Origin: a virus
Length of the DNA stretch: 64,000 nt
IMG/VR virus record: IMGVR_UViG_3300008262_003578
Reading direction: 5' to 3' (one strand)
Shown: positions 9,174 through 18,439 of the stretch, piece after piece
Layout: the number at the start of each line of letters is the position of its first letter
Position numbering within the stretch: position 1 is the stretch's first letter
Notes under the pieces: generated by a model
The model's input: the letters and a program-made list of their open reading frames with translations, nothing else
Told to the model about the DNA's origin: nothing
Database searches by the model: none
Position numbers and translations under genes: made by a program

Positions 9174-10610
9174 ATGAGTTTAAACGAAAATATGGAGAAA
9201 TTTTTTAAAGTAAAAAAAACTTTAGAAAAAAAATTAGTTAATGAGGGGTTAACTAAAGATGAAAAAGTTCTTTTAGAAAGAGTTAAGAAAGAAATTGGTG
9301 AAGCTCCGATTGATTACTCAGAAGTTGGCGGTGCTAGAATGGAGCCTGAACGTCAACGTAAATTTGAAAAGGGTGAAAATCCATATGCCAAATATGGTAT
9401 GTCCCAAGAATTGATTGATATTTTAGGTAGTGAAGGTTTTAAAAAATCAGTTGAGAAAGTAAAAAGAGCACTTGGTGATAAGTCAGGTGTAGTGGAGGGT
9501 AATCCACAACAAGTATTTATGCAATTGATGATGGCGGCGATGAGAGATTTGCAAACCATTATGTCAATACAGAGTAGAAAGAAAGAAGAGATTGAGGAGT
9601 TAGCCGAAAACTTGGTTGCGAGTCATTTTAATTTAGACAAACCACCATTTAATAAAAGAGTTAGACTTGAAGCAACATTAATTTCGGGACCAATGGGTGC
9701 AGCGGAAGGTATGAGAACTTCGGCTGAAGAACCTTCAGAAGAAGATGTTATTGAAGCGTTTAAAGATGCTGAGAAACACAAAGAGGAACTTGAAGACTTT
9801 GCTCGTGAAGTTGAGGAATTAGGTGGTAAATTTGATTCAAAACAAGCTGAGGAAGTTTTCGGTAAAAAAATGCAACAAGACGCATTAAAATCGTTTGAAG
9901 GTGAAAGAGGTAAAAGAAGAATGGTTAACACTATGATTCAAGGAGCGGCATTTAGTTTAGGTCATTTATATAAAACATTAAACGATGAGGTTGCAAGTAT
10001 TGACCCAAGATTAATGAACCTATACAATGTTTCACAAGCAATTATGGAACATTTATATTGGTTATATCCTGATATGGAACAAATGGCTGGTAGTGGTGGT
10101 GGCCAATTAGGTCAGTCATCATTTGAAGAACCTGAAGATGAGGGTGGTCCATTTGTTATTAAAGCTAAAGCGCCAACATTACCATTATTGGTTCACGAAT
10201 TGGTAAAAGGATTACTTGATTTCATGGCTTGGGATAGTTTGCCTGAAAATGAAAAACAGGCACAAATGGTTTTAGGTGCTGAAGACACATTACCAGGTGA
10301 AATTTGGGATTCATTATTAGGACCTGTAATTTGGTCTAAATTCCAAAGCATGATTCCTTCAGATTTATTTGATGATGATAAAAGACACATTCAGTTATAT
10401 TTGTTCAACAGGTTCAGTAGGTTATCCGCTGATGAAATGAAAAAATTGACTGACGCAATATTAAGAGGTGATAATAGCTCCCAAAAAATGATTAATAAAA
10501 TGATTGAGGAAATTAAAGAATACTTACAAAATGCTCCTCAATATGATGATGAAGAAAGTGAAGAAGATGATTGGGACAGTGATATGTCTTGGTTAGACGA
10601 TGAGGATTAA
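9174..10610 (+). CDS. hypothetical protein (478 aa)
   Basis: ATG at 9174 (MSLNEN...) after the upstream stop; the track's 8997 start overlaps the previous gene. Confidence 0.75.
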   Translation: MSLNENMEKFFKVKKTLEKKLVNEGLTKDEKVLLERVKKEIGEAPIDYSEVGGARMEPERQRKFEKGENPYAKYGMSQELIDILGSEGFKKSVEKVKRALGDKSGVVEGNPQQVFMQLMMAAMRDLQTIMSIQSRKKEEIEELAENLVASHFNLDKPPFNKRVRLEATLISGPMGAAEGMRTSAEEPSEEDVIEAFKDAEKHKEELEDFAREVEELGGKFDSKQAEEVFGKKMQQDALKSFEGERGKRRMVNTMIQGAAFSLGHLYKTLNDEVASIDPRLMNLYNVSQAIMEHLYWLYPDMEQMAGSGGGQLGQSSFEEPEDEGGPFVIKAKAPTLPLLVHELVKGLLDFMAWDSLPENEKQAQMVLGAEDTLPGEIWDSLLGPVIWSKFQSMIPSDLFDDDKRHIQLYLFNRFSRLSADEMKKLTDAILRGDNSSQKMINKMIEEIKEYLQNAPQYDDEESEEDDWDSDMSWLDDED

Positions 10611-10613
10611 TTT

Positions 10614-12383
10614 ATGTCTTTAAGTAAAGAACAGATATTATTAGAATATGTTAAATGTAAAAGAGATACTGTATACGCATTAAGAACATATTTGCAGACA
10701 TACGACAATACAGTTTCTAAGTATGTCCCACTAGAGTTATTCCCTGACCAAATTACTTTGTTAGAGGATTACGAAAATTACAATGAAAACATTGCATTAA
10801 AATATAGACAGGCGGGGGTATCTACGGTTACCGCCGCTTGGTCTTCTAAAAAATTGGTCTTAGCGTCCAAAGAAAAACCTGAAAAAATTCTTATAATCGC
10901 CAATAAATTAGATACATCTTTAGAGATGGCTAATAAAATTCGTGCGTTTGTCGGTCAATGGCCATCTTGGGTTGGGGTTGGATTTGCACCTGAGAAAAAT
11001 TCACAAAAACATTATAAATTAACAAATGGATGTGAGGTGAAAGCCGTTGCAACATCCAAAGATGCCTTACGTGGGTTTACACCAACAATATTAATATTTG
11101 ATGAGGCGGCCTTCATTGATGCTGATGGTGACTTCTGGTCAGCTTGTATGGCGTCCTTGTCTACGGGTGGTAAAGTAATTGTAGTCTCAACACCTAACGG
11201 TAATGACCCTATTTATTATGAAATTTACGACCAAGCATTACGTGGTATGAACGACTTCAAAATTACCGAAATGTATTGGTATCGTGACCCACGTTATACT
11301 AGTGACCTATATTTTATTAAAACTGATGACGCAATTCATTACCTTTTAAACAAAGAGGAGTATGGTCCTGAAAAAATAATTAGTTGGGCTGACAAACCAT
11401 TTTCAGAAAGAAATTTTGATGACGTTAAAGAATTGATGAATAACGGATATAAACCGTGTTCTGATTGGTTTGAACGAATGGTTAAGAAACTTAAATACGA
11501 TAAACGTAAAGTTTCTCAAGAGTTGGAATGTAACTTTCTTGGTTCAGGTGATAATGTATTTGACTCAAAATTAATGCAAAAAATTCGTGAGAATTACTTA
11601 TTAGAACCTCAAAATAAAATGTTGGGTAATCAATTATGGATTTGGAAAGAACCTGTTGTGGGTCACAAATACATAATGGGGGTTGACGTTAGTCGTGGTG
11701 ATAGTGAAGATTTTAGTTCCTTCCAAATAATTGACTTTGATAGTCGTGAGCAAGTTGCGGAATTTGTTGGGAAATTACCCCCAGATACAATGGCTGAAAT
11801 ATGTTACAAATGGGGTAATATGTATTCAGCGTATATTGTGATAGATATTACAGGAGGTATGGGAGTATCAACCTCACGTAAATTACAAGAATTAGGTTAT
11901 AAAAATTTATATACTGATGGTGTAGAATTGGGTAATACTTGGAAGTACAATCCTAAATCGGCCGAAAAAATACCAGGTATTAACTTTAACAATAAACGTG
12001 TCCAAATTATTGCTTCATACGAAGAAGCGATGAGACACGATTTTAAAATATATAGTCATCGTTTATATAATGAAATGGATACATTTATATATATTAACGG
12101 TAGACCTGACCACCAAAAAGGAAGACACGATGACTTACTTATGTCTATCGCAATGGCTACTTATGTAGGTGAGTCATCGTTTAGTAATTTAACAAAAGTA
12201 ACCGAACATACCAAATCAATGTTAGAATCTTGGACGGTAAGTAATAATGATGAAGCGTCAAAAACATTAGATTTTAACCCTGTTATACCTCATTATCAAG
12301 ATAGAATAAGACAAATGAATGGGGGTTCTCAAGTTTCTCGCGAAGACTATATGAGATATGGGTGGTTATTTGGTACTAGATAA
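10614..12383 (+). CDS. terL: terminase large subunit (T4 gp17-like)
   Basis: KYRQAGVST Walker A variant, LIFDEAAF Walker B, STPNG coupling motif, MGVDVSRG and HDDLLMS nuclease acids. Confidence 0.92.
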   Translation: MSLSKEQILLEYVKCKRDTVYALRTYLQTYDNTVSKYVPLELFPDQITLLEDYENYNENIALKYRQAGVSTVTAAWSSKKLVLASKEKPEKILIIANKLDTSLEMANKIRAFVGQWPSWVGVGFAPEKNSQKHYKLTNGCEVKAVATSKDALRGFTPTILIFDEAAFIDADGDFWSACMASLSTGGKVIVVSTPNGNDPIYYEIYDQALRGMNDFKITEMYWYRDPRYTSDLYFIKTDDAIHYLLNKEEYGPEKIISWADKPFSERNFDDVKELMNNGYKPCSDWFERMVKKLKYDKRKVSQELECNFLGSGDNVFDSKLMQKIRENYLLEPQNKMLGNQLWIWKEPVVGHKYIMGVDVSRGDSEDFSSFQIIDFDSREQVAEFVGKLPPDTMAEICYKWGNMYSAYIVIDITGGMGVSTSRKLQELGYKNLYTDGVELGNTWKYNPKSAEKIPGINFNNKRVQIIASYEEAMRHDFKIYSHRLYNEMDTFIYINGRPDHQKGRHDDLLMSIAMATYVGESSFSNLTKVTEHTKSMLESWTVSNNDEASKTLDFNPVIPHYQDRIRQMNGGSQVSREDYMRYGWLFGTR

Positions 12384-12439
12384 TATTTATCAAAGAAACA
12401 TACTATTTAGTTATTGATAAATAGAATTAAAATTGCTAT

Positions 12440-14266
12440 ATGGAAAATAAACAAAATAATCTAACAGTTTGGCAACGATTGTCTCAAGCGTTTGGACCAA
12501 ACTCGTTATTAAATCAAGATTATCCCACTTATAAGTTTGATAAGGAACAATTATTAAAAACCACATCAAAACAAGACTATGATAGGGAAAAATTACAAGC
12601 ACAACAAACTTATTATTTAGCTAATCAATGGACTAAAATTGAAAGTAACTTATATACTCAGGCAGTGTATTATGAACCAACACGTTTGGCTTCATTCTAC
12701 GATTATGAATCAATGGAGTATACCCCTGAGATTTCTGCGGCGTTAGACATATACGGTGAAGAATCCACAACTGTGGACCAAAATGGGTTCATGTTACAAA
12801 TATATTCAGAATCAAAACGTATTAAATCAATCTTAGCGGATTTATTTAATAATGTTTTAGATGTTAACACCAATTTACCTATGTGGACAAGAAACACTTG
12901 TAAGTACGGTGATAACTTTGTTTATTTAAAACTAGATGCTGAAAAAGGTATTATTGGTTGTATGCAATTACCAAACATTGAAATTGAACGTTTGGAAAGA
13001 GGTATGGCGGCAAAATCTGCAAATGTTGAAGAGCCTGTTGAAAACAAAGGTTTAAGATTTAAATGGAAAGCGAAAGATATGGAATTTAATTCTTGGGAAA
13101 TTGCTCACTTCCGTTTATTAGGTGATGACCGTAAATTACCTTATGGTACGTCAATGTTAGAAAAAGCAAGACGTATTTGGAAACAATTATTGTTATCTGA
13201 AGATGCGATGTTAATATATCGTACATCAAGAGCCCCTGAAAGACGTGTATTCAAAGTATTTGTTGGTAATATGGACGATAAAGACGTTGAACCATATGTA
13301 CAACGTGTTGCAAACAAATTCAAAAGAAGTCAGGTTGTAGATTCTCAAACAGGTAATGTTGATATGAGATTTAACCAAATGGCGGTTGACCAAGATTACT
13401 TCATTCCTGTACGTGACCCAGCAGCGGCTAGCCCAATTGATACATTGCCTGGTGCCCAAAACTTGGCTGAAATTGCCGATATTGAATATATCCAAAAGAA
13501 GTTATTAACAGCGTTACGTGTACCTAAAGCATTCTTAGGATTTGAGGAACCTGTTGGTGGAGGTAAAGATTTATCTTTAATGGATATCCGATTTGCAAGA
13601 ACCATTAACAGAATTCAAAAATGTATGATTGCCGAATTAAATAAAATTGCAATTGTTCATTTATTCTTATTAGGGTTTGAAGATGAATTATCAAACTTCA
13701 CATTAGGATTAACCAACCCTTCTTCACAAGCTGATTTATTGAAAGTTGATATTTGGAAAGAAAAAATATTATTATATAAAGATGCGGTTGCTGGTATTGA
13801 GGGTATTGCCCCTGTTTCAGTTTCTTGGGCTAAAAAACATATTTTAGGGTTTTCAGATGAAGAAATTAAACTTGATTTACAACAACAAAGAATTGAGAAA
13901 GCAGTTGGCGCTGAATTAACAAATACCGCAACAATAATAACTCACACAGGTGTGTTTGATAATATTGATAAATTATATGGTAATAAATCAGGCGGAACTC
14001 AAAATGCTGCGGCAACACCTCCACCTCCTCCTGGTGGAGACATGGGTGGATTAGGTGGTGAAATAGGAGGTCCTCCACCACCTCCAGGACCACCACCAGG
14101 TGGTGAAGCGGGAGTAACACCTGAATCTTTTGAGAGGAGAGATAATTTAAAAATATTATTAGAAAGTGATAATTTAACCGAAGACGATTCTTTCATTGAT
14201 TTATCTAAAGCTAAGAATTCTTTAGGGGATATAGAGTCTCAATTGGATAAACTTCTAAATAGTTAA
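12440..14266 (+). CDS. portal protein (T4 gp20-like)
   Basis: EDAMLIYRTSRAPERRVF, DYFIPVR, IDTLPGAQNL, DIEYIQKKLLTALRVP, DIRFARTINRIQ; follows terL. Confidence 0.92.
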   Translation: MENKQNNLTVWQRLSQAFGPNSLLNQDYPTYKFDKEQLLKTTSKQDYDREKLQAQQTYYLANQWTKIESNLYTQAVYYEPTRLASFYDYESMEYTPEISAALDIYGEESTTVDQNGFMLQIYSESKRIKSILADLFNNVLDVNTNLPMWTRNTCKYGDNFVYLKLDAEKGIIGCMQLPNIEIERLERGMAAKSANVEEPVENKGLRFKWKAKDMEFNSWEIAHFRLLGDDRKLPYGTSMLEKARRIWKQLLLSEDAMLIYRTSRAPERRVFKVFVGNMDDKDVEPYVQRVANKFKRSQVVDSQTGNVDMRFNQMAVDQDYFIPVRDPAAASPIDTLPGAQNLAEIADIEYIQKKLLTALRVPKAFLGFEEPVGGGKDLSLMDIRFARTINRIQKCMIAELNKIAIVHLFLLGFEDELSNFTLGLTNPSSQADLLKVDIWKEKILLYKDAVAGIEGIAPVSVSWAKKHILGFSDEEIKLDLQQQRIEKAVGAELTNTATIITHTGVFDNIDKLYGNKSGGTQNAAATPPPPPGGDMGGLGGEIGGPPPPPGPPPGGEAGVTPESFERRDNLKILLESDNLTEDDSFIDLSKAKNSLGDIESQLDKLLNS

Positions 14267-14288
14267 TATTTATATTAAAAACGAAAAA

Positions 14289-15005
14289 ATGAAAATAGGG
14301 ATATTAAAATCAAAAGTTGAGAAGTTATTAACTGAATCATATGGTAAAAACACTTTTAAAGACGAGATAAAGAACTTTAAGACGTATGTGTTGGAGAACA
14401 AAGACATTAGTAAATTGTTTTATCTTTACGATGAGTTAACCTCAAATAAAGGATTAACTGAGTCAGTTGTTGATGAATTTATTACTGAATGTAAAAATTT
14501 ATATTCTAAAACAACTTCAAAAATTAAACCAAGTAGTTTAAAACAATTAAATGAGTGGGTTAAAAATATAAAAACAGAAAATGTTTATTCTCACATTGAT
14601 GAATTATTTTCAGATAATATATTAACCATTGAGTCAAGAATTAACAGTAAAAGGTTAATATATGAGTCACTAAAGAAAAAACCTACCGTTAAAAAGGAAT
14701 CTCCAAAAGTACCTATTAGTTCTATGGTATCAATAGCTAATAAAACAATTACAAACTATATTGAGACATTGAGTGAATCAGATAAAAAAGAATTATATAA
14801 TTTATTATCTGAGGATGACGATAAATTAAGTAAAGACTTTCAGTCTCTAAAAGAATCGGTAATCTCTAAATTATCTTCTTTAAAAAGAGAAAATACTGAT
14901 TATGAAACTGGTAAAAGAATTAATGAAACTATAAGTAAAGTTGAATCTGAAAAATATGATAAACTTACATATTTTAAGATGAAAAGTTTAAATGAGAATC
15001 TTTAA
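14289..15005 (+). CDS. hypothetical protein (head cluster)
   Basis: 238-aa ORF; TATTTAT at 14267-14273. Confidence 0.75.
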   Translation: MKIGILKSKVEKLLTESYGKNTFKDEIKNFKTYVLENKDISKLFYLYDELTSNKGLTESVVDEFITECKNLYSKTTSKIKPSSLKQLNEWVKNIKTENVYSHIDELFSDNILTIESRINSKRLIYESLKKKPTVKKESPKVPISSMVSIANKTITNYIETLSESDKKELYNLLSEDDDKLSKDFQSLKESVISKLSSLKRENTDYETGKRINETISKVESEKYDKLTYFKMKSLNENL

Positions 15006-15196
15006 TTAGGATTGTTCTTATATTTTTTTTGAACGTACTTAGCTTTGTTGAGTACGTTTCTTTTTTTAACTGATTTTTTAACAAATTCTTTTCTCTCAGT
15101 TAATTTAGAACTTTGTCTTGTTTTAATAATTTTACCCTTATATTCTTTAAGTGCCCTTTCAATATTTGAGTTCTTATCTACTTTAACTATTAACAT
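15002..15196 (-). CDS. rpsU: ribosomal protein bS21, Bacteroidota type
   Basis: MLIVKV...NIERALKEYK.K..KT....L.ERKEFVKKSVKKR...KAKYVQ matches the bS21 pattern; Tyr at position 54. Confidence 0.85.
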   Translation of the reverse strand: MLIVKVDKNSNIERALKEYKGKIIKTRQSSKLTERKEFVKKSVKKRNVLNKAKYVQKKYKNNPN

Positions 15197-15271
15197 AATT
15201 TTTAGGTTTTTGACTATAATGGTAAATATACTTATATTTTAAAAAAATAAACGATTATAATATGAAAAATA

Positions 15272-15739
15272 ATGAAAAAGGGGAAAACCTCAAAAATACA
15301 AGGGTTTGGTACATCTAAAATTGTGTATGGAACTGTTGATTCAATTAATTTTAAATCATTGTATTTAAATTTACAAACGTGGGTAGAACCAATAAAAGAA
15401 CCTGAAAATTGGACAAGGGTTGTTCTTAATTTAAGTAGGTCAATTAAACATTCGGTATTTGAAACATTAGACAGAGATTTATTTGATGAGAATTTCATTG
15501 TTGATTTAGACTTACGCTCAAGTGGATTAACATTAGGAAAAAAATCATTTATGAATTTAGAAATAAATTTTTATCTGTCATCAGAAGAACTTGATTTTAA
15601 ATCAAAAGAAATAAAAGAGAATTTAAAAGATATTGTAACAAGAATTTATGACGAGAATTTTAATGGAAATTATTATTTTAATTTTTCATTAACCAAAACC
15701 AAAAAACAAGAAGAATTGCTCCAAACCGAAAGTGTTTAA
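15272..15739 (+). CDS. hypothetical protein
   Basis: 155-aa ORF between bS21 and the prohead protease. Confidence 0.75.
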   Translation: MKKGKTSKIQGFGTSKIVYGTVDSINFKSLYLNLQTWVEPIKEPENWTRVVLNLSRSIKHSVFETLDRDLFDENFIVDLDLRSSGLTLGKKSFMNLEINFYLSSEELDFKSKEIKENLKDIVTRIYDENFNGNYYFNFSLTKTKKQEELLQTESV

Positions 15740-15764
15740 TATTTATTAAATAAAAACATTCAAA

Positions 15765-16490
15765 ATGGATTTAAAAATATTAAACCCTAACGAAATCGGG
15801 AAGGGTATTCTTATAGAATATGATGCGGGATATATATCTCCTAAAGAAAAACATAATTTAAACTTTATAAAGGAATCTAAAAATTTTTTAGACCATTCTA
15901 AACCGTTTGAATTTTATGCGGTGTTACAGAAATATGACACCCCAAATAGAAATGGTAGAATATATCCTGAACGTATTTTAAAACGTGAAGCCGACAATTA
16001 TAAAAAAATGATTGAGAAAGGAGTATCTCTATCTGAATTAAATCACCCAGAATCATCATTGATTGATTTAGATAGAGTATCCCATATGATAACTGAAATA
16101 TGGTGGGAAGGTAATATCCTTATGGGTAAATTATTATTACTAACAAGTCCAGGTTTTCATGAAAGAGGTATTGTATCAACTAAAGGTGATATGGCCGCTA
16201 ACTATCTAAGACAAGGAGTTACTTTAGGTATTTCATCAAGAGGTGTTGGTTCATTAAAAAAAGTAGGTGAAAGAAACGAAGTTCAAGATGACTTTGAACT
16301 AATTTGTTTTGACTTAGTATCGTCACCATCAACACCTGGTGCTTATCTTTTCTCAAATCCTGATGATAGATTTAAGTATGAAGAGAATCTTGAGGAAGAA
16401 AAGAAGATGAGAGCGGGAACAGAAGTTAGTGATAATAATAACAAATCACTTGACTTAATGAAAAGATTGTCCGATTATTTGGGATATTAA
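15765..16490 (+). CDS. prohead core protease (T4 gp21-like)
   Basis: NRNGRIYP, ELNHP, DRVSH, GISSRGVGS, DLVSSPSTPGA motifs. Confidence 0.92.
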   Translation: MDLKILNPNEIGKGILIEYDAGYISPKEKHNLNFIKESKNFLDHSKPFEFYAVLQKYDTPNRNGRIYPERILKREADNYKKMIEKGVSLSELNHPESSLIDLDRVSHMITEIWWEGNILMGKLLLLTSPGFHERGIVSTKGDMAANYLRQGVTLGISSRGVGSLKKVGERNEVQDDFELICFDLVSSPSTPGAYLFSNPDDRFKYEENLEEEKKMRAGTEVSDNNNKSLDLMKRLSDYLGY

Positions 16491-16501
16491 ACAAATTAAT
16501 T

Positions 16502-16711
16502 ATGGACGAAAAATATTTTGTAGCAAGAATTACGACTGACTTGGTAGATTCCGATTCAGGTAAAGTGAAAAAAGTTAAAGAAGAAAAATTGGTAAAAGGT
16601 TACAGTCCCACAGACGTAGAAGCAAAGGTTACCAAAATTTACGAAAACTACACAATGGATTGGAGAATCACCGCTATTGTTGAAAGTAAAATTGATGAGG
16701 TGATAGACTAA
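16502..16711 (+). CDS. hypothetical protein
   Basis: 69-aa ORF in operon after the protease. Confidence 0.7.
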   Translation: MDEKYFVARITTDLVDSDSGKVKKVKEEKLVKGYSPTDVEAKVTKIYENYTMDWRITAIVESKIDEVID

Positions 16712-16732
16712 AATTTTTTCAACGATAAATTT

Positions 16733-16761
16733 AAAAGGAGGGATAATACCCTCCTTTTTTT
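16733..16761 (+). terminator. rho-independent terminator
   Basis: aaaaggaggg-ataata-ccctcc followed by a T-tract. Confidence 0.8.
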
Positions 16762-16875
16762 GTTTTTAACATTTTTCAGAATATTTATTTAAATAAAAAA
16801 GTTACGAGGAATAATCCTCAATAATAACTTTTTTAAAAATTAAAACTATTTATATAGAAAAAAACCAAACTGTAA

Positions 16876-18402
16876 ATGGAAAATAAAAAAAATTTGGTAG
16901 AAGAAGCGGTAATTCAAATTAAGAATTTGGAAGAAGCTATTGCCGAGAATGCAAAAGGAATACTTCAGTCAACTATGGCAGGAGAAATCAAAGAATTAGT
17001 AAAAGAATCTCTTACGGAACAAGGTGATGAGATTGAAGAACCAGAGACTGACGTTGAAGACGTTGAGGATGAAGTTGATTCCGATGAGGAAATGGCTGAC
17101 GACGAAATGGACGACGCTGATGTTGATAATTTTGAAATGGATGACTTAGAGGATTCTGATGACGAAGAACCTGTTATTGATTTAACAACATTAGGTGACA
17201 GTGAAGAGGATACTCAAGAGATGTTGAGAGTATTCCAACTAATGGGACCTGAAGATGAGGTAATCGTTAAGAAAGATGAAACAGGTAACATCAATTTAAA
17301 AGACAACCAAACAAACAAAGAATATATGATTGTACAAGAATCAGAAGAAGAGTTTGATTTTTCAGAAATGGACGAAGAGGATGATTTCTCATTTGAGTCT
17401 GAAATGTATGAAGATGATGACGAATCTGAATCTGAAGTTAAGGATATCATTAATAAAGTTTTCGCAACTGAAGAGTTTGAAGAAGAAGAGGATGAAGAAA
17501 TCGTTTACGAAATTGAAATGGAGGACGAGGAAGAAGATGAATCTTACGAATTAGACGAAGAGTTTGAAGACGAAGAAGAGGAAGAAATCGTTTACGAAAT
17601 TGAGATGGAAGATGAAGAAGAAGATGAGTCTTACGAATTGGACGAAGAGTTTGAAGAGGAAGAAGATGAGTCTTATGATTTGGATTCAGTAATGGAATCT
17701 AAATCGTTTAAAGCTAAAGGTGTAGGAATGGGTAAACCAAATAAGAAAAAAATCTATTCAGCTAAACCTAACCAAGAAGGTGGTTTTAAAACTGTTAAGA
17801 AAACAGCTAACAAAACTATGGGTACAGGAAGTGCTAAAAAAGGTTTCTCTTATAAAGATGGTGAAAACTTAGACGGTAAAATGAAATTAGTTAAAGGTAA
17901 AAAATCTGAAACTAAAGAAGCCGCTCGTACTTACGGAAATGGTTCTAAATCAGGACGTGGTTTGAGAAAAGGTATTACACCTAATAGAAATCTTAATCTA
18001 GAAAACGTTAACAACAACGAAATCAAAGTTTTAAGAGAAAAGAACGAAGAATACAGAAAAGCATTGAATGTATTTAGAGATAAGTTGAATGAAGTTGCAG
18101 TGTTCAATTCAAACTTGGCTTACGCTACACGTTTGTTTACTGAGCATACTACAACTAAACAAGAAAAAATCAACATCCTAAAAAGATTTGATTCTGTAGA
18201 AACTATTAAAGAATCTAAAAACTTATATCATTCTATTAAGGATGAATTAACAAACACAAAATCACAACCAATGAATGAGTCAATTGATAGAGCTATTAAT
18301 AACTCACCATCAACAGGTTCAGCGGTTAATTTAATTGAGTCAAAAACTTACGAAAATCCTCAATTCTTGAGAATGAAAGATTTAATGGCAAAATTAAAAT
18401 AA
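16876..18402 (+). CDS. prohead core scaffold protein (gp22-like)
   Basis: very acidic and coiled-coil, located between protease and capsid; tandem EIVYEIEMEDEEEDESYELDEEFE repeat. Confidence 0.75.
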   Translation: MENKKNLVEEAVIQIKNLEEAIAENAKGILQSTMAGEIKELVKESLTEQGDEIEEPETDVEDVEDEVDSDEEMADDEMDDADVDNFEMDDLEDSDDEEPVIDLTTLGDSEEDTQEMLRVFQLMGPEDEVIVKKDETGNINLKDNQTNKEYMIVQESEEEFDFSEMDEEDDFSFESEMYEDDDESESEVKDIINKVFATEEFEEEEDEEIVYEIEMEDEEEDESYELDEEFEDEEEEEIVYEIEMEDEEEDESYELDEEFEEEEDESYDLDSVMESKSFKAKGVGMGKPNKKKIYSAKPNQEGGFKTVKKTANKTMGTGSAKKGFSYKDGENLDGKMKLVKGKKSETKEAARTYGNGSKSGRGLRKGITPNRNLNLENVNNNEIKVLREKNEEYRKALNVFRDKLNEVAVFNSNLAYATRLFTEHTTTKQEKINILKRFDSVETIKESKNLYHSIKDELTNTKSQPMNESIDRAINNSPSTGSAVNLIESKTYENPQFLRMKDLMAKLK

Positions 18403-18439
18403 AAATAAAATAAACAAATAAAATAAAAACAAAAACAAA

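Noticed and set aside
15045-15498. ORFs 15045-15242 (+) and 15232-15498 (-)
   Set aside because: They are antisense to bS21 and to the 15272 gene, which have better support
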